Of a DNA stretch of 64,000 nt, positions 21,956 to 34,440 are shown piece by piece. The stretch spans positions 5,208,001 to 5,272,000 of the forward strand of contig NC_135830.1 of NCBI RefSeq assembly GCF_964213995.1, in the 5' to 3' direction. This DNA comes from Mustelus asterias. Taxonomy: Eukaryota. Each line of letters starts with the position of its first letter. Within the stretch, counting starts at the first letter, position 1. A program made the position numbers and the translations under genes. Under the pieces are notes generated by a model. The model had not been told where the DNA came from. It ran no database searches and saw nothing but the letters and a program-made list of their open reading frames with translations.

Positions 21956-23669
21956 ACCAGCGAGTTCACACTGGGGAGAAACCATTCATCTGCTTCAAGT
22001 GTGGGAAAGGATTCAATCAGTCATCCAACGTGTTGACACACCAGCCAGATTGGAGTTTGCTGTTAATCACATCCAGAACTGAACTATATTTATTGGGGTC
22101 TGTTGTTAACAATATCCAGTGCAGATTTAGATATTAGTATTCTGGATTTAAAAAATTTTAAAAATCAACTTTGTTTTAATTTTTGAATGACTGCATCTTC
22201 ATTTGGGAGGCTGGGATTATCCCTGTTTCGAGGGAACTAAGGAATAGACCATAAGCCGTAGGAGCAGCATTCGGCCATTCAGCCTTCATTATAACAATGA
22301 TCCCATTGTGATTCCTGCTGGTTGGGAAATGTGCGATATTGATGCCAGTCTGTCTTTCTTTAATTATCTTCAATCCCAGTCCTCTGGTTACTGACCCGCA
22401 TCAGTGGAACAGTTTCTCCCGACCTGCTCCATCAAACCACCCGTCCCCACCCCGATAATCTTGAACAGATCCATGAAATCTCCATTTCAGCTTCTTTGTT
22501 CCAAAGGGAACAAATTTGGGGGAGGCGATGCCTAATGGTATTATCGATAGACTATTAATCCAGAATCCCAGCTAATGTTCTGGGGACCCGGATTCGAATC
22601 CACATTTTGAAAAAGATGAACAGTGTCTGTGGTACCTGCTGGATGTGGTGCAGCAGGTACCACAGACACTGATGACAGAGTCAAAACAACATTATATTCT
22701 TTATGCTTGAAACCTGTCTTAGAATTCTCTTCATTAACTGGACCATCAATGTGAGGGGAATTAGCATCTTCTGTAATTCCAGAACCAAGAGACACTGATT
22801 ACCCAGGGATGTTGTTCTGTAATTTACACTATCCCCCAGCAGGGCTCTTCACCCAGGCTGACAAGAGGCAGCTCAGTGTTCGTGATTTGTCATTGCTGCT
22901 GTTCCAGATGTTGTTCAACGTAGACTCAAGTTTAGAGAAAGGAGTGGAAATGGGTAATCAGAACTCTCACAGTCCCTGGAGGGTAATGGTTACTTGAATT
23001 TCTCAAACATTGTGGTTTGTAAAGACACTGTTATTTCATCTCCAGTATTAGTCAGAATGGGCTGTATTCTCCACGTGATAGGGCTGGAATTATCTGTGTG
23101 GGTGTGTGTCTATGAATGAAGGTGTCTGTCTGGGTGTGGGTGTGTGTCTATGAATGAAGATGTCTGTCTGGGTGTGGGTGTGTCTCTATGTTTGCCCATT
23201 TCTGTGTAAGAGACGGGGAGAGAGAGTGTGTTTGGATCTCTGTGTTTGGATATCTTTATGTGCTGCTCCTTCTTAGGTGGTTTGTCTCAAAGGTTCCTCT
23301 CTGGGTGATTTGAACAGAATCATTCAGAGATTCTTCATCCTGGGTGAATCCACAGGCTGACCATGTGCTGTGTAAAACCTGACATCCACACCTCCAGACC
23401 CCACTTTTCCTGGAACAACATCAAGTGTTTGCTGCTTTCCTGATCCTTCCTTTTCCCTCCCTTTTCAATGATATCACTTCTCATTGTTGTGAATTTCAGA
23501 GAGGACAGACTCATCCCACTGAATGTCCTCCAAGGACAACCGCCTCATCTCAGGAATCAATCCAGTGAAATTTAGTTGCACAAAGACAGTGAGCAGATAG
23601 AACAAAGACCAAAAGAGGGAAATAGAGACACAGACAGAGACTGTTAGAGTGAAAGAGACTGAGCGAGAT

Positions 23670-24340
23670 TTACAGTCATAGTCATACAGTGCAGAAAACA
23701 CCCTTCGACCCATCGAGTCTGCACCAACAATAGCTACCACTAACTCCCATGCTAATCCCATTTTCCAGCACCTGTCCCAGATCCTTATCTGAATGCTATA
23801 ATATTTCAAGTGCTCATCCAAATACTTTTTAACGGTTGTTACGTTTCCAGCCTCCACTACCTTCCCAGGCAGTTTATTACAGATTCCCACCACCCTCTGA
23901 TTTTTTTTTTCTCAACTTCCCTCTGAATCTCTTGCCTGGCACCCTAAAACTATGTCCCCTCATGATTGACCTCTCAACCAAGGGTTCTACTCACCCGATC
24001 CATATCCTTCATAATCTTATTCACCACAGTCATGTCCCCCTCAGCCTTCTCTGCTCTAAACACTCTAAACCTATCCAGTCTCCTTATAGCTCAAATGTTC
24101 CATCCCAGGCAACATCCTGGTGAATCTCCTCTGTACCCCCTCCAGTGCAATCACATCCTTCCTATAGTGAGGTGACAAGAACTGCACACAATACTCCAGC
24201 TGTGGACTAACTAACATTCTGTACAGCTCCAACATTATCTCTTTGTTCTTATACTGTATGCCACGACTGATAAAAGCAAGTGTCTCATATGCCTTCTTAT
24301 CTATTCTATTCAGCTGCTCTGTTACCTTAAGTGAATAAGT
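23670..24340 (-). mobile_element. CR1 LINE 3' fragment
   Basis: VVGIxNKLPGKVVEA motif and (CTATGA)n tail. Confidence 0.8.
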
Positions 24341-24879
24341 ACCCCAAGATCCCCATCTGCTCCTCTGATTTTACCTCGTGTCCTTCCATTCATTCATTAT
24401 TTCTTTGTCTTGTTACTTATTCCAAAGTGCATTACTTCGCACTTATCAAGATTAAATACCATATTTTTTTTATTAATTTGTGGGACATGGGCGTCGCTCA
24501 CTGGCCATCCCTAGTTGCCCTTGAGAAGGTGGTGGTGAGCTACCTTCTTGAATCGCTGCAGTATATGTGCTGTGGGTTTACCTACAATGCGGTTCGGGAG
24601 GGAATTCCAGGATTTTGACCCAGTGACTGTGAAGGAATGGTGATATATTTCGAAGTCTATCACTGTTCTGCCCATGTGACCAACCCAACTATGTCGTGCT
24701 GCAACCTACAACAGAGTGGGGTAGACTCTAAAAGGACCCTGGGTCTCTGGAATACTCGTCCAGTAATAATCCCACCATGCACATTGGTAGATGTATCAAT
24801 TTATTTAATAATTTTATATATTAACGCTGTAGTTCTGATCGTAATTGGATGACAAAGCACAATTTTGTGTTGAACATTA

Positions 24880-25170
24880 TCTCCTTCCTATGGCGGTCCT
24901 CTTACCCAGCATTCGCAGCGAGAGAGAATGTGCCGTATTGTCACAATAGCAGCCGCTTGCGCAGGCGCAGTACCTGATTCTGAGTGGAGCATGCGCTGTG
25001 CGGATTCGGACTGGCCCATGCGCAGTGTGGGTGCTGGAGCTGCAGGGAGGCGGGGAAGTGGGTGCAGAGGCTTCAGAAACAGCCAGTGGAGGAGGCCTCA
25101 AAACCCAGAATAAAGAACCCCCGGGCCCGAGTTTGCACCGACCCGGGGGGTAATTGCAGCAGCTCTAAAA
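24880..25170 (+). promoter_or_regulatory. P5: CpG-rich promoter of Z5
   Basis: TGCGCAGGCGCA, GCATGCGC and CATGCGCA motifs, TTACCCAGCATTC, GGGAGGCGGGGAAG. Confidence 0.6.
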
Positions 25171-25816
25171 TCGGGGAGGTGGTGGTAATATCAGTGACAC
25201 AGCCTCATGTTCTGGGGATGGGTTCAAGTCCCATCATGGAGCTGGGGGGGTTTAAATAGAATTCACAAAACGCTGGAAAATCTGGAATATAATTTCACTT
25301 GAGTAACCATTACAGCTGTGAACAATTTTAAAAACCCATCCTGTTTATTCATGGGAATCTGCTGTCTCTCCATAGATTTGTCAACATGCGATTCAGTCTC
25401 TAACTGCCCTCCTCAGGGGCAGGAAATAAATGCTGGTCTTGGCAATAAAACCCACATCACATGAAATAGTGAAGGAGAAACACTGATAGACTTGGGTTAA
25501 TGGCTGTCATCTTTCTCGGGGGCAGGACACAGGCACGGTTATCACTGTCCCTGTGACAAAATGTTGTGAATTTCTATCCTGGACTGACATTGACGGATTT
25601 TGGAGTCTCCTTTTCCGGAGGGTGAGAAGGGGAGGATTTACACACAGTAAACTCAAACCAAGAGAAATATTTGCTTCAATTTTTAACTTTGGACTTTTTT
25701 TTTACAGGATATTAGAAGTGCAGGAGTGGAAGGGAGAAAACTCAAACCAAACGTCGCATCAGGATCTGACGCTATCGCCTAAATTATTGTAATCTGAATA
25801 TCATTGGGTTTCAAAC

Positions 25817-26854
25817 ATGGAAGGGGAAAGCACGGTTAACAGTGGAGAGAAACCGTACACCTGTTCTGTGTGTGGACGAACATTCAGCCGATCATCTGGC
25901 CTGTTGAAACATAAATGCAGTCACAACAAGGAGAAACAATGGAAATGTGGAGACTGTGGGAAGAGATTCAGATTTCCATCTGAACTGAAAACTCATCGAC
26001 ACAATCACACTGGAGAGAGACCATTCACCTGCTCTGAGTGTGGGAAGGGATTCACTACCTCATCCATCTTGTTGACACACCGGCGAGTTCACACTGGGGA
26101 GAGACCGTTCACCTGCTCCAAGTGTGGGATGGGATTCATTTGTTCATCCCATCTGCTGAAACACCGGTGGGTTCACACTGGGGAGAGGCCATTCAACTGT
26201 CATGAGTGTGGGAAGGGATTTGCTACCTCATCAATCCTGCTGACACACCAGAGAGTTCACACTAGAGAGAGACCATTCAGATGCTCTGATTGTGGGAAGG
26301 GATTCCCTACCTCTTCTATCCTGCTGAAACACCAGCGAGTTCACACTGGAGAGAGGCCATTCACCTGCTCTGATTGTGGGAAGGGATTCACTGATTCATC
26401 CGACCTGCTGAAACACCAGAGAATTCATAACGGGGAGAGGCCATTTATCTGCTCCGAGTGTGGGAAGAGATTCACTCAATCATTCAACCTCCTAAAACAC
26501 CAGCGAGGTCACACCGGCGAGAGGCCGTTCACCTGCTCTGAGTGTGGGAAGGGCTTCAGTCAGTCATTCATCTTGTTGAAACACCAGCGAGTTCACACTG
26601 GGGAGAGGCCATTCACTTGCTCCAGTTGTGGGAAGGGATTTATTGATTCATCCACCCTGCAGAGACACCAGCGAGTTCACACCGGGGAGAGACCATTCAC
26701 CTGCTCTGATTGTGGTAAGAGATTCAGTCAATCATCCAACCTGGTAAAGCACCAGCGAATTCACACTGGGGACAGGCCATTCACCTGCTCCGTGTGTGGG
26801 AAGGGATTCACTCAGTCACCTCACCTGCTGAAACACCAGCGTGTTCACGAGTGA
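25817..26854 (+). CDS. Z5: C2H2 zinc-finger protein, 12 fingers, 345 aa
   Basis: Intact ORF, exon acceptor at 25708. Confidence 0.92.
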   Translation: MEGESTVNSGEKPYTCSVCGRTFSRSSGLLKHKCSHNKEKQWKCGDCGKRFRFPSELKTHRHNHTGERPFTCSECGKGFTTSSILLTHRRVHTGERPFTCSKCGMGFICSSHLLKHRWVHTGERPFNCHECGKGFATSSILLTHQRVHTRERPFRCSDCGKGFPTSSILLKHQRVHTGERPFTCSDCGKGFTDSSDLLKHQRIHNGERPFICSECGKRFTQSFNLLKHQRGHTGERPFTCSECGKGFSQSFILLKHQRVHTGERPFTCSSCGKGFIDSSTLQRHQRVHTGERPFTCSDCGKRFSQSSNLVKHQRIHTGDRPFTCSVCGKGFTQSPHLLKHQRVHE

Positions 26855-27301
26855 CTGCAAGGACTGGAGTTTGCTCTTAATCACATCAAGGTCCTGACTA
26901 TTTTCATTGGTGTCTGTTTCTGCTGATAAATCCTAGCCCAGTTGGAAGGTTTATATTTTGGGTGGAACTCAAATACACAAGCTTTATGTTCAACACAGTG
27001 TGATGGATGCTTTTAATACCTCAAACATGTTAGTTCCATTTGAAGGGCTTCCCCCTCTCCCGTCTCCTCCATCCTCACCTCCAACAAGTGTGAGGAGCTC
27101 ATGGAGCTTCTTTGTCACCAAGATTGAGACAATCTGATCAGCTGCCTCTGCTCCTTCCCTCTCTTCCATTCGCCCACCGGGCCAAACTGTCTTTAAATTT
27201 CCTTCTGGCCTAACTCTTGAACTCATAAATACAAACAGGAAGTGCTGTAAAAACACCGAGTCTGACAGCACCTCTGGCGAGAGAAACAGATTTAATGTTT
27301 T

Positions 27302-27490
27302 GGGAGGCACGGTAGCACAGTGGTTAGCACTGCTGCTTCACAGCGCCAGGGACCCAGATTTGATTGCCGGCTTGGGTCACTGTCTGTGTGGAGTTTGCAC
27401 ATTCTCCCCGTGTCTGCGTGGGTTTCCTCCGGGTGCTCCGGTTTCCTCCCACATTCTGAAAGACGTGCTGGTTAGGCACATTGACCCGAA
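27302..27490 (+). mobile_element. HE1-type V-SINE, 3'-truncated
   Basis: GGCACGGTAGCACAGTGGTTAGCACTGCTG head plus V-domain. Confidence 0.88.
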
Positions 27491-27823
27491 CAGCTTGTCT
27501 GGACTTGCAGAATCTCACTGGCTGTCCTGTCTGGAGACAATATACATCTCTTTAACGTGTGCTTAATGCTCCCTCCATTCACATTGTTTGTACCTTTAAG
27601 ACTTGATGATCTGTAAAGACTGCATTCCAATCATTATTCTGTAAATTGAGTTTGTGTCTCTGTATGCCCTGTTTGTGAGCATTTCTCCACTCCACCTGAC
27701 GAAGGGGCAGCGCTCCAAAAGCTAGTGGCATTTGCGACCAAATAAACCTGTTGGACTTTAACCTGGTGTTGTTAAACTTCTTACTGTCTTTACCCCAGTC
27801 AACGCCGGCATCTCCACATCATG
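27491..27823 (+). mobile_element. Penelope-like element 3' end (pseudo-LTR) with a hammerhead-like motif
   Basis: CCAC-CTGACGA-A-GGGGC-AGC-GCTCC-AAAA-GCTA-GTGG at 27692-27728 followed by AATAAA; fragments at 30018-30102 (-) and 32272-32345 (+). Confidence 0.7.
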
Positions 27824-28800
27824 GATTCAGTTCTCCAGCTGCTGTCTGCCATCTGACAATAAAACCAATGGCTCTTATTGGGGGTGTTGGGGCCTCCAGC
27901 GGGTGTTTGTGAATCCTCCCCGCCCACCTCCCAGGGTTTCCTTCCTTCCCAGAGATCAGAGTCCTCATTGATTTGAGGCCAAAGTGTAACCTCTTATTTA
28001 TTGTCCCCCTCCCCCATCCTCTGATGTGAACCATCCTCCAGTGGCTGAGCCAGGATGGGGCCGTTAACCTGGGCCTGTTCCCGGGAGGGAGGGAGGGAGA
28101 AGCCCCGCAGCTGCAAACCAGGGAGCTGACAATGATTCTGAAGGGTTTGCGGATCCACAAAGTGTTTCCAAATCCTCCCAGCCACCGCCTAACGCTGACT
28201 CCGCTTCTCCGGGACAAACAAGCGCCAAGGACAGCAATGACACTGCGCATGCTCCATATCACAATGCCCGGGGATTGATTGACGGCAGCTCCGGACCAAT
28301 AGAAAGAGGGGGCGGGGCTGGTCCCCCAACCAATCGGAGTGAATGAGGGGCGGGACTGGAGGACCGAGCGGGAGCGGCTGGTCCTCCAGCCAATCGCACT
28401 GAATGAGGGTCCGGACCAATAGGAAGAGTTCCCTATTCTTTGCATGGGAGAGATGCACATGCGCAGTAAGCAACGGCGTTCGCAGTGCGGGTGACAGCAA
28501 TTGGAGAGAAGTTCCTGTGTCTCATCAGCAGCCGGTAAGGATGCAGAAATATAGAGGGAGCAATGGAAGCGGCGGATGGACGTAGAAGGTTTCTAAATAT
28601 CTGGTGAAGGCCTCAAACCTCGAATATGAGCCCGTAGGTCCCGTGTTTGCAGCTTCAGGTCTTTGTCCCGAGACGAAGCTCAGGTTAACGGCCGCCATCT
28701 TGATTCAGCGGGGAGCAGAGCGCACGCGTTGGTGTCTTGGTGACGCAACTGTGAGTGGGCGGGTCTTTGTGTTTCTGCTCCCACCGGGTCCTAATGCACC
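27824..28800. promoter_or_regulatory. P6: third copy of the P1/P3 promoter and leader (-), fused to a different + strand half; likely promoter of Z6
   Basis: 27824-28420 is nearly identical to 4595-5150; four CCAAT boxes; GGCCGCCATCTT; donors GTAAGG at about 28535 and GTGAGT at 28751. Confidence 0.65.
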
Positions 28801-28969
28801 CATCGGGTCCTAATGCATACCAACAATGAACAACAGATTTTCAAACAGCTTCACCCACTCCCAGGCTGCACCTGACGTTTGCAGCCGAGAGAAGTTTATG
28901 GGTCATGTACATATTCAGTGTGAGAGGTTGCATCCCTGTGTACTTAGATGAAGCGGTTACACGGCTTTT

Positions 28970-29370
28970 GTACTCGTTGGAGTTTAGAAGGTTGAGGAAG
29001 AATTTATTGAAACTTACAGGATACGGCGAGGCCTGGACAGAGTGGATGTGGCGAGGATGCTTCCACGAGTAGGAAAACCTGGAACCAGAGGGCACAACCT
29101 CAGACTAAAGGGATGATCCTTTAAAACAGAGATGAGGAGGAATTTCTTCAGCCAGAGAGTGGTCAATCTGTGGAACTCTGCTGCAGAAGGCTGTGGAGGC
29201 CAGGTCATTGAGTGTCTTTAAGATAGAGATAGATAGGTTGTTGATTAATAAGCAGATCAGGGGTTATGGGGAAAAGGCAGGAGAATGGGGATGAGAAAAA
29301 TATCAGCCATGATTGAATGGTGGAGCAGACTCAGTGGGCCGAGTGGCCCAATTCTGCTCCGATGTCTTAT
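28970..29370 (+). mobile_element. CR1 LINE 3' end
   Basis: LEFRRLR...EMRRNFFSQRVVNLWNS motifs. Confidence 0.85.
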
Positions 29371-29709
29371 AGCCTTTTCGTTACGCTTCAGCCCCAGGCT
29401 CCTCATGTTTACATAGAAGCGGAAGTAGACCATTCAGCTCTTTGGGCATTCCCTGCCATTCATTATAGTCATGGCTGATCCTCAAATTCAATACCCTAAT
29501 CCCACCCCCACCCCATAATATCCCTTTAGCCCCAAGAGATATATCTAATTGAAATCAGGCTCTACTTCCACTTTTGAGGAACGGAGATCCAAAGAGTCAC
29601 AACCCACTGAGAGAAAAACATCTCATCTCTGTCTCTATGGGCAGCACTGTTTTTTAAATAGTGACCGCAAGATTCTCCCATAAGAGTAAACAACAGTTCT
29701 AACAAGTTT

Positions 29710-31150
29710 TTAGAAGGTATTTTGAGAGACAGGATCTACAGGCATTTAGAGACACAAGGACTGATTAGAGACAGTCATGTGAGTGGCATTTAGAGACAGC
29801 ATGGCTTTGGAGTGGAAAATCATATCTCACAAATTTGATTGAGTTTTTTGAAGGAGTAACCAAGAAGGTAGATGAGGGCAGTGCAGTTGATGTTCTCTAC
29901 ATGACCTTTAGCAAGGCCTTTGACAAGATACCACATGGTAAGTTGTTGCATAAGGTTAAATCTCTCGGGATCCAGGGTGAGGTGGCCAAATAGGTACAAA
30001 ATTGGCCTGATGACAGAAAAAGTCTCACAACACCAGGTTAAAGTCCAACAGGTTTATTTGGTAGCACAAGCCACAAGCTTTCAGAACACTGCCCCTTCAT
30101 GAAAGAAGACAGAGGATGGTTGTAGAGGATTGTTTTTCAAACTGGAGGCCTGTGACCAGCAGTGTGCCTCAGGGATTGGTGTTGCGTCCACTGTTATTTA
30201 TCATTTATATTAATGATGTGGATGAGAATTTAGGAGGCATGGTTAGCAAGTTTGCAGACGCCAGGATTGTGGCATAGTGGACAGTGAAGAAGATTATCTC
30301 TGATTGCAACGGAATCTTGATCAATTGGGCCAGTGGGCTGACGAATGCCAGATGGAGTTTAATTTAGATAAATGCGAAGTGATGCATTTTGGTAGATTGA
30401 ACCAGGGCAGGACTTACTCAGTTAATAGTAGGGCATTGGGGAGAGTACTAGAACAAAGAGATCTGGGGGAACAGATTCATAGCTCCTTGAAAGTGGAGTC
30501 ACAGGTGGACAGAGTGGTGTAGAAGGCATTCGGCATGCTTGGTTTCATTGGTCAGAACATTGAATACAGGAGTTGGTACGTCTTGTTGAAGTTGTACAAA
30601 ACATTGGTAAGGCCACACTTGGAATACTGTGTGCAGTTCTGGTCACCCTATTATAGAAAGGATGGTATTAAACGAGAAAGAGTGCAGAAAAGATTTACTA
30701 GGATGCTACCGGGACTTGATGGTTATAAGGCGAGACTGGATAGACTGGGACTTTTTTTTCTGGAGCGCAGGAGGCTGAGGGGTGATCTTATAGCGGTCTA
30801 TAAAATAATGAGGGACATAGATCAGCTAGATAGTCAATATCTTTTACCAAAGGTAGGGGAGTCTAAAACTAGAGGTCATAGGTTTAAGGGGAGAGATAAA
30901 AAGAGTCGAGAGGGGCAATATTTTCATACAGAGGGTGGTGAGTGTCTTGAGCAAACTGCCAGAGGCAGTAGTAGAGGTGGGTACAATTTTGTCTTTTGAA
31001 AAGCGTTTAGACAGTTACACGGGTATGATGGGTATAGAGGGATATGGGCCAAATGCGGGCAATTGGGACTAGCTTCGGGGTTAAAAAAAGGGGCGGCATG
31101 GACAAGTTGGGCTGAAGGGCCTGTTTCCATGCTGTAAACCTCTATAACTC
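29710..31150 (+). mobile_element. CR1 LINE ORF2 C-terminal half plus tail
   Basis: [19 protein letters not shown]...RRLRGDLI; same subfamily as 10900-13025. Confidence 0.92.
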
Positions 31151-32091
31151 CTCTCCACATCCAAGACCTTTCAGGATGTGAAAGGTTTAAATTAAGTTGC
31201 CTCTTACTCTTTTAAACTCGAGCAGAAGCTAAACTCGAGCAGAGACTGTCTCACTGCTCCTCATCAGACAATCCACCTATTCCAGGTGTTAGTCGACTAA
31301 ACCTTCTATGAACTTCTTCTAATGCACTTATATTTTTCCTTAAATAAGGAAATCGATAATGTACACATTGCTCCAGATACAGACTCACCGTGTGCAACTG
31401 AAACATAACTTCCCTGCTTTTACTCCATTCCCCTCATAACAAATAATAGCTTTCTGAATTACTTGTCCCTGGATTTTCTATCGTGATGGATTTTGAACAC
31501 TTTTTTGTTACAGGGGGTTAGAAAGGGAGGATTTACACACAACAAGCTCAAACCATACGGGCTTTCTGAATGGGATAAGTAGGTAGATGTGAATGGAATG
31601 TTTCCACTTGTTGGTTCTTCCATTACTGGGAACCATGAACAGACAACAAATAAATCAAACAGGAAAATAGGAGATGTTTCTTTCTTCAGACAGTTGTTAG
31701 AATTTGGAACTCACTGCGACTGGAAGTGGTTGACACAAATACTTTAGATGCTTTCAAAAGGAAAATATATGAGCCTATGAGAGAAAAGGGATTGGAAAAA
31801 TCAAGTGAAAAGCTGAGATGTGGTGATCAGAATGAGAGGAGACTCATGTGGAGTATAAACTCCAGTACAGACTCGATAAACTGAATGGCCTGTTTGTGTA
31901 TTGTCACAGACAGAACAAACAATTCTCCTTCCCTGTTCAAAGACAATAACAATCAGCTCCTAATGATCCGAGTGACTGTCAGATCTCAACGTGATGTTTG
32001 GTTTGTGTTTTCTTGCTGTAAATCCTCCTTTCCATTATCCTGTAAAGGGAGTTTACAAAAGTCATCACTGTCAGTCCAGGATAGATATATT

Positions 32092-32440
32092 CATAGAATT
32101 CCACAGTTCGGAAGGAGGCTATTTGGCCCATCAAGTCAACTCTCCGACAGAGCATCCCACCAAGGCCCCAACAACATAACCCAGCTTATTTACCCCACTA
32201 ATCTCCCCAACCTACACGTCCTGGGGGAAAAATGGATAATTTAGCATGGCCAATCCACCTAACCTTTGGACTGAAAGCTAGTGGCGTTTGCTACCAAATA
32301 AACCTGTTGGACTTTAACCTGGTGTTGTTAGACTCCTTACTGTGTAAACTCCACACAGACAGGTAACCAAGGCCGGAATCGAACCCAGGTCCCTGGCGCT
32401 GTGAGGCAGGAGGACTAACCACTGTGCCACCGTGCCAGCC
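32092..32440 (-). mobile_element. HE1-type V-SINE with its interior replaced by a Penelope-like fragment
   Basis: SINE head at about 32345-32440, tail at about 32092-32271, inserted fragment at 32272-32345. Confidence 0.75.
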
Positions 32441-32652
32441 ACGTAATTCTTTGTAAACTTATTTTACAGGAAATAGAAGAGGAGGATTTGCAGTCTGGAC
32501 AAACAAATCTCACGTCAGACAGAGTCAATCAATTCATTGGGATTTGAAGGTTTGTACATCTGAAGGGATTTAATTGACCATCTCAGTTGGAAACTGGTGA
32601 GAATCTGTTTCCTTGCTCCTCCTGTGGGGAGGGATTGATACAGCTGGAAAAC

Positions 32653-34025
32653 ATGCTGACACGACAGCGAGCTCGCAACAGTGAGAGTTCATTCACCTGC
32701 TCCGTGTGTGGGAAGAAATTCATGTGTTCGTCCAACCTGCTGGCTCACCAACTCGACCACATTATTCAGAAGCCTCTTCAAAGCTCTGACTCTGGGCAAA
32801 GCATTGAAACCTCTGAGGAACAGGCCCAACACCAGCTCCTTCACACTGACAAGAGACCGTTCAGCTGCTCCCACTGCGGGAAGAGGTTCAGCCAGTCCTC
32901 CCGCCTTGCAGAGCACCAGCTCCTTCACACACACGAGAGACCGTTCAGCTGCTCCCACTGCGGGAAGAGGTTCAGCCAGTCCTCCCGCCTTGCAGAGCAC
33001 CAGCTCCTTCACACACACGAGAGACCGTTCAGCTGCTCCCACTGCGGGAAGAGGTTCAGCCAGTCCTCCCGCCTTGCAGAGCACCAGCTCCTTCACACAC
33101 ACGAGAGACCGTTCAGCTGCTCTCACTGTGGGGAGTCGTTTAGCAACTCAGTGCATCTCACTGAGCACCAACAGGTTCACACCAAGGACAGGCCATTCAG
33201 CTGCTCCCAGTGTGGGAAGAGATTCACTCAGTCCTCCCACTGCACCGTTCACCAACAGATTCATTTTCAGAAGAGACATTTTAAATGCTTCAAATGTGAG
33301 AAGACCTTCAAAAGAAGGATTAGTCTGCTGAGACACCAGGGCACTCACACTGGGGAGAGGCCATATGTTTGCCCTGTGTGCGGGAAAGCATTTACTTGTT
33401 TGCAGCATCTGCTGAGTCACCGGCGTATTCACACCGGGGAGAAGGCATTCATCTGCTCCGTGTGTGGGAAGGCTTTCACGGAGTCACCCACCTCCGGAGA
33501 CACCGGCGCATTCACACAGGGGAGAGGCCGTTCTCCTGCTCCATTTGTGGCAAAAGATTTGCTCAGTTTTCCTCCTGCAATCAACACCAACACATTCACT
33601 CTGATCAGAGACCTTTTCAATGCTCAGAATGCAATAAGACCTTTAAAAGAAGTGATGATCTGCTGAAACACAAACGCATTCACACCGGGGAGAGGCCGTT
33701 CCTGTGCTCTGTGTGTGGAAAGGGATTCGCTCAGTCGTCTGGCCTGCTGAGACACCAACGCATTCACACTGGGGAGAAGCCGTTCACCTGCTCTGTGTGT
33801 GGGAAGGGATTCACTGATTCATCCTATATGCTGAAACACCAGCGAGCTCACACTGCGACAGAACCGTTCACCTGCTCCCTGTGTGGGAAGGGATTCACTG
33901 ATCCATCCCGCCTGCAGAGACACCAGCGAGTTCACACTGGGGCAAAACCTTTCAACTGCTCCATGTGTGGGAAGGGATTTAATCAGTATTACAGCCTGCT
34001 GAAACATAGACGACTTCATGTGTGA
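32653..34025 (+). CDS. Z6: C2H2 zinc-finger gene, about 15 intact fingers if a 1-nt frameshift near 33487 is corrected
   Basis: Two overlapping ORFs (32587-33666 and 33369-34025) join into one array; exon acceptor at 32470; start codon uncertain (first in-frame ATG at 32653). Confidence 0.75.
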
Positions 34026-34087
34026 CCGGCACAGTTGGATTCTGTTGTTTCTGCGCCCTGAGATAAACAATAACAATTGGATGAATA

Positions 34088-34440
34088 GGGGAGGCAGCGG
34101 CACAGTGGAATTATCACTGGACTCAGGGTAAGGCTCTGGGGACCCAGGTTCGAATCCCACCACAGGCAATGGTGAAATTTGTATTCAATTAAAATCTTCA
34201 ATTAAAAGTCTAATGACAAACCTCAACCTTTAATCAATTGTCGTAAAAACCCATTTGGTTCAGTAACGTCCTTTAGAAAAGGAAACCTGCCGTCCTTACC
34301 TGGTCAGGCCTACATGTGACTCCAGACCAGCAATGTGGTTGACTCTCAAATGCCCTCTGAAATGGAGGGCAGTTAGAGATGGGCAAGAAATGCTGGCCCA
34401 GCCAGTGACGCCTACATTCCGTAAAAATGAACTTAAAAAA
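34088..34440 (+). mobile_element. Deu-SINE (SacSINE1-like)
   Basis: tRNA-like head GGTTCGAATCCC and homology to 1030-1389. Confidence 0.8.

Noticed and set aside
26852-26900. Selenocysteine recoding of the conserved TGA codons
   Set aside because: No SECIS recognised; aligned residues are Arg/Gly and only once Cys
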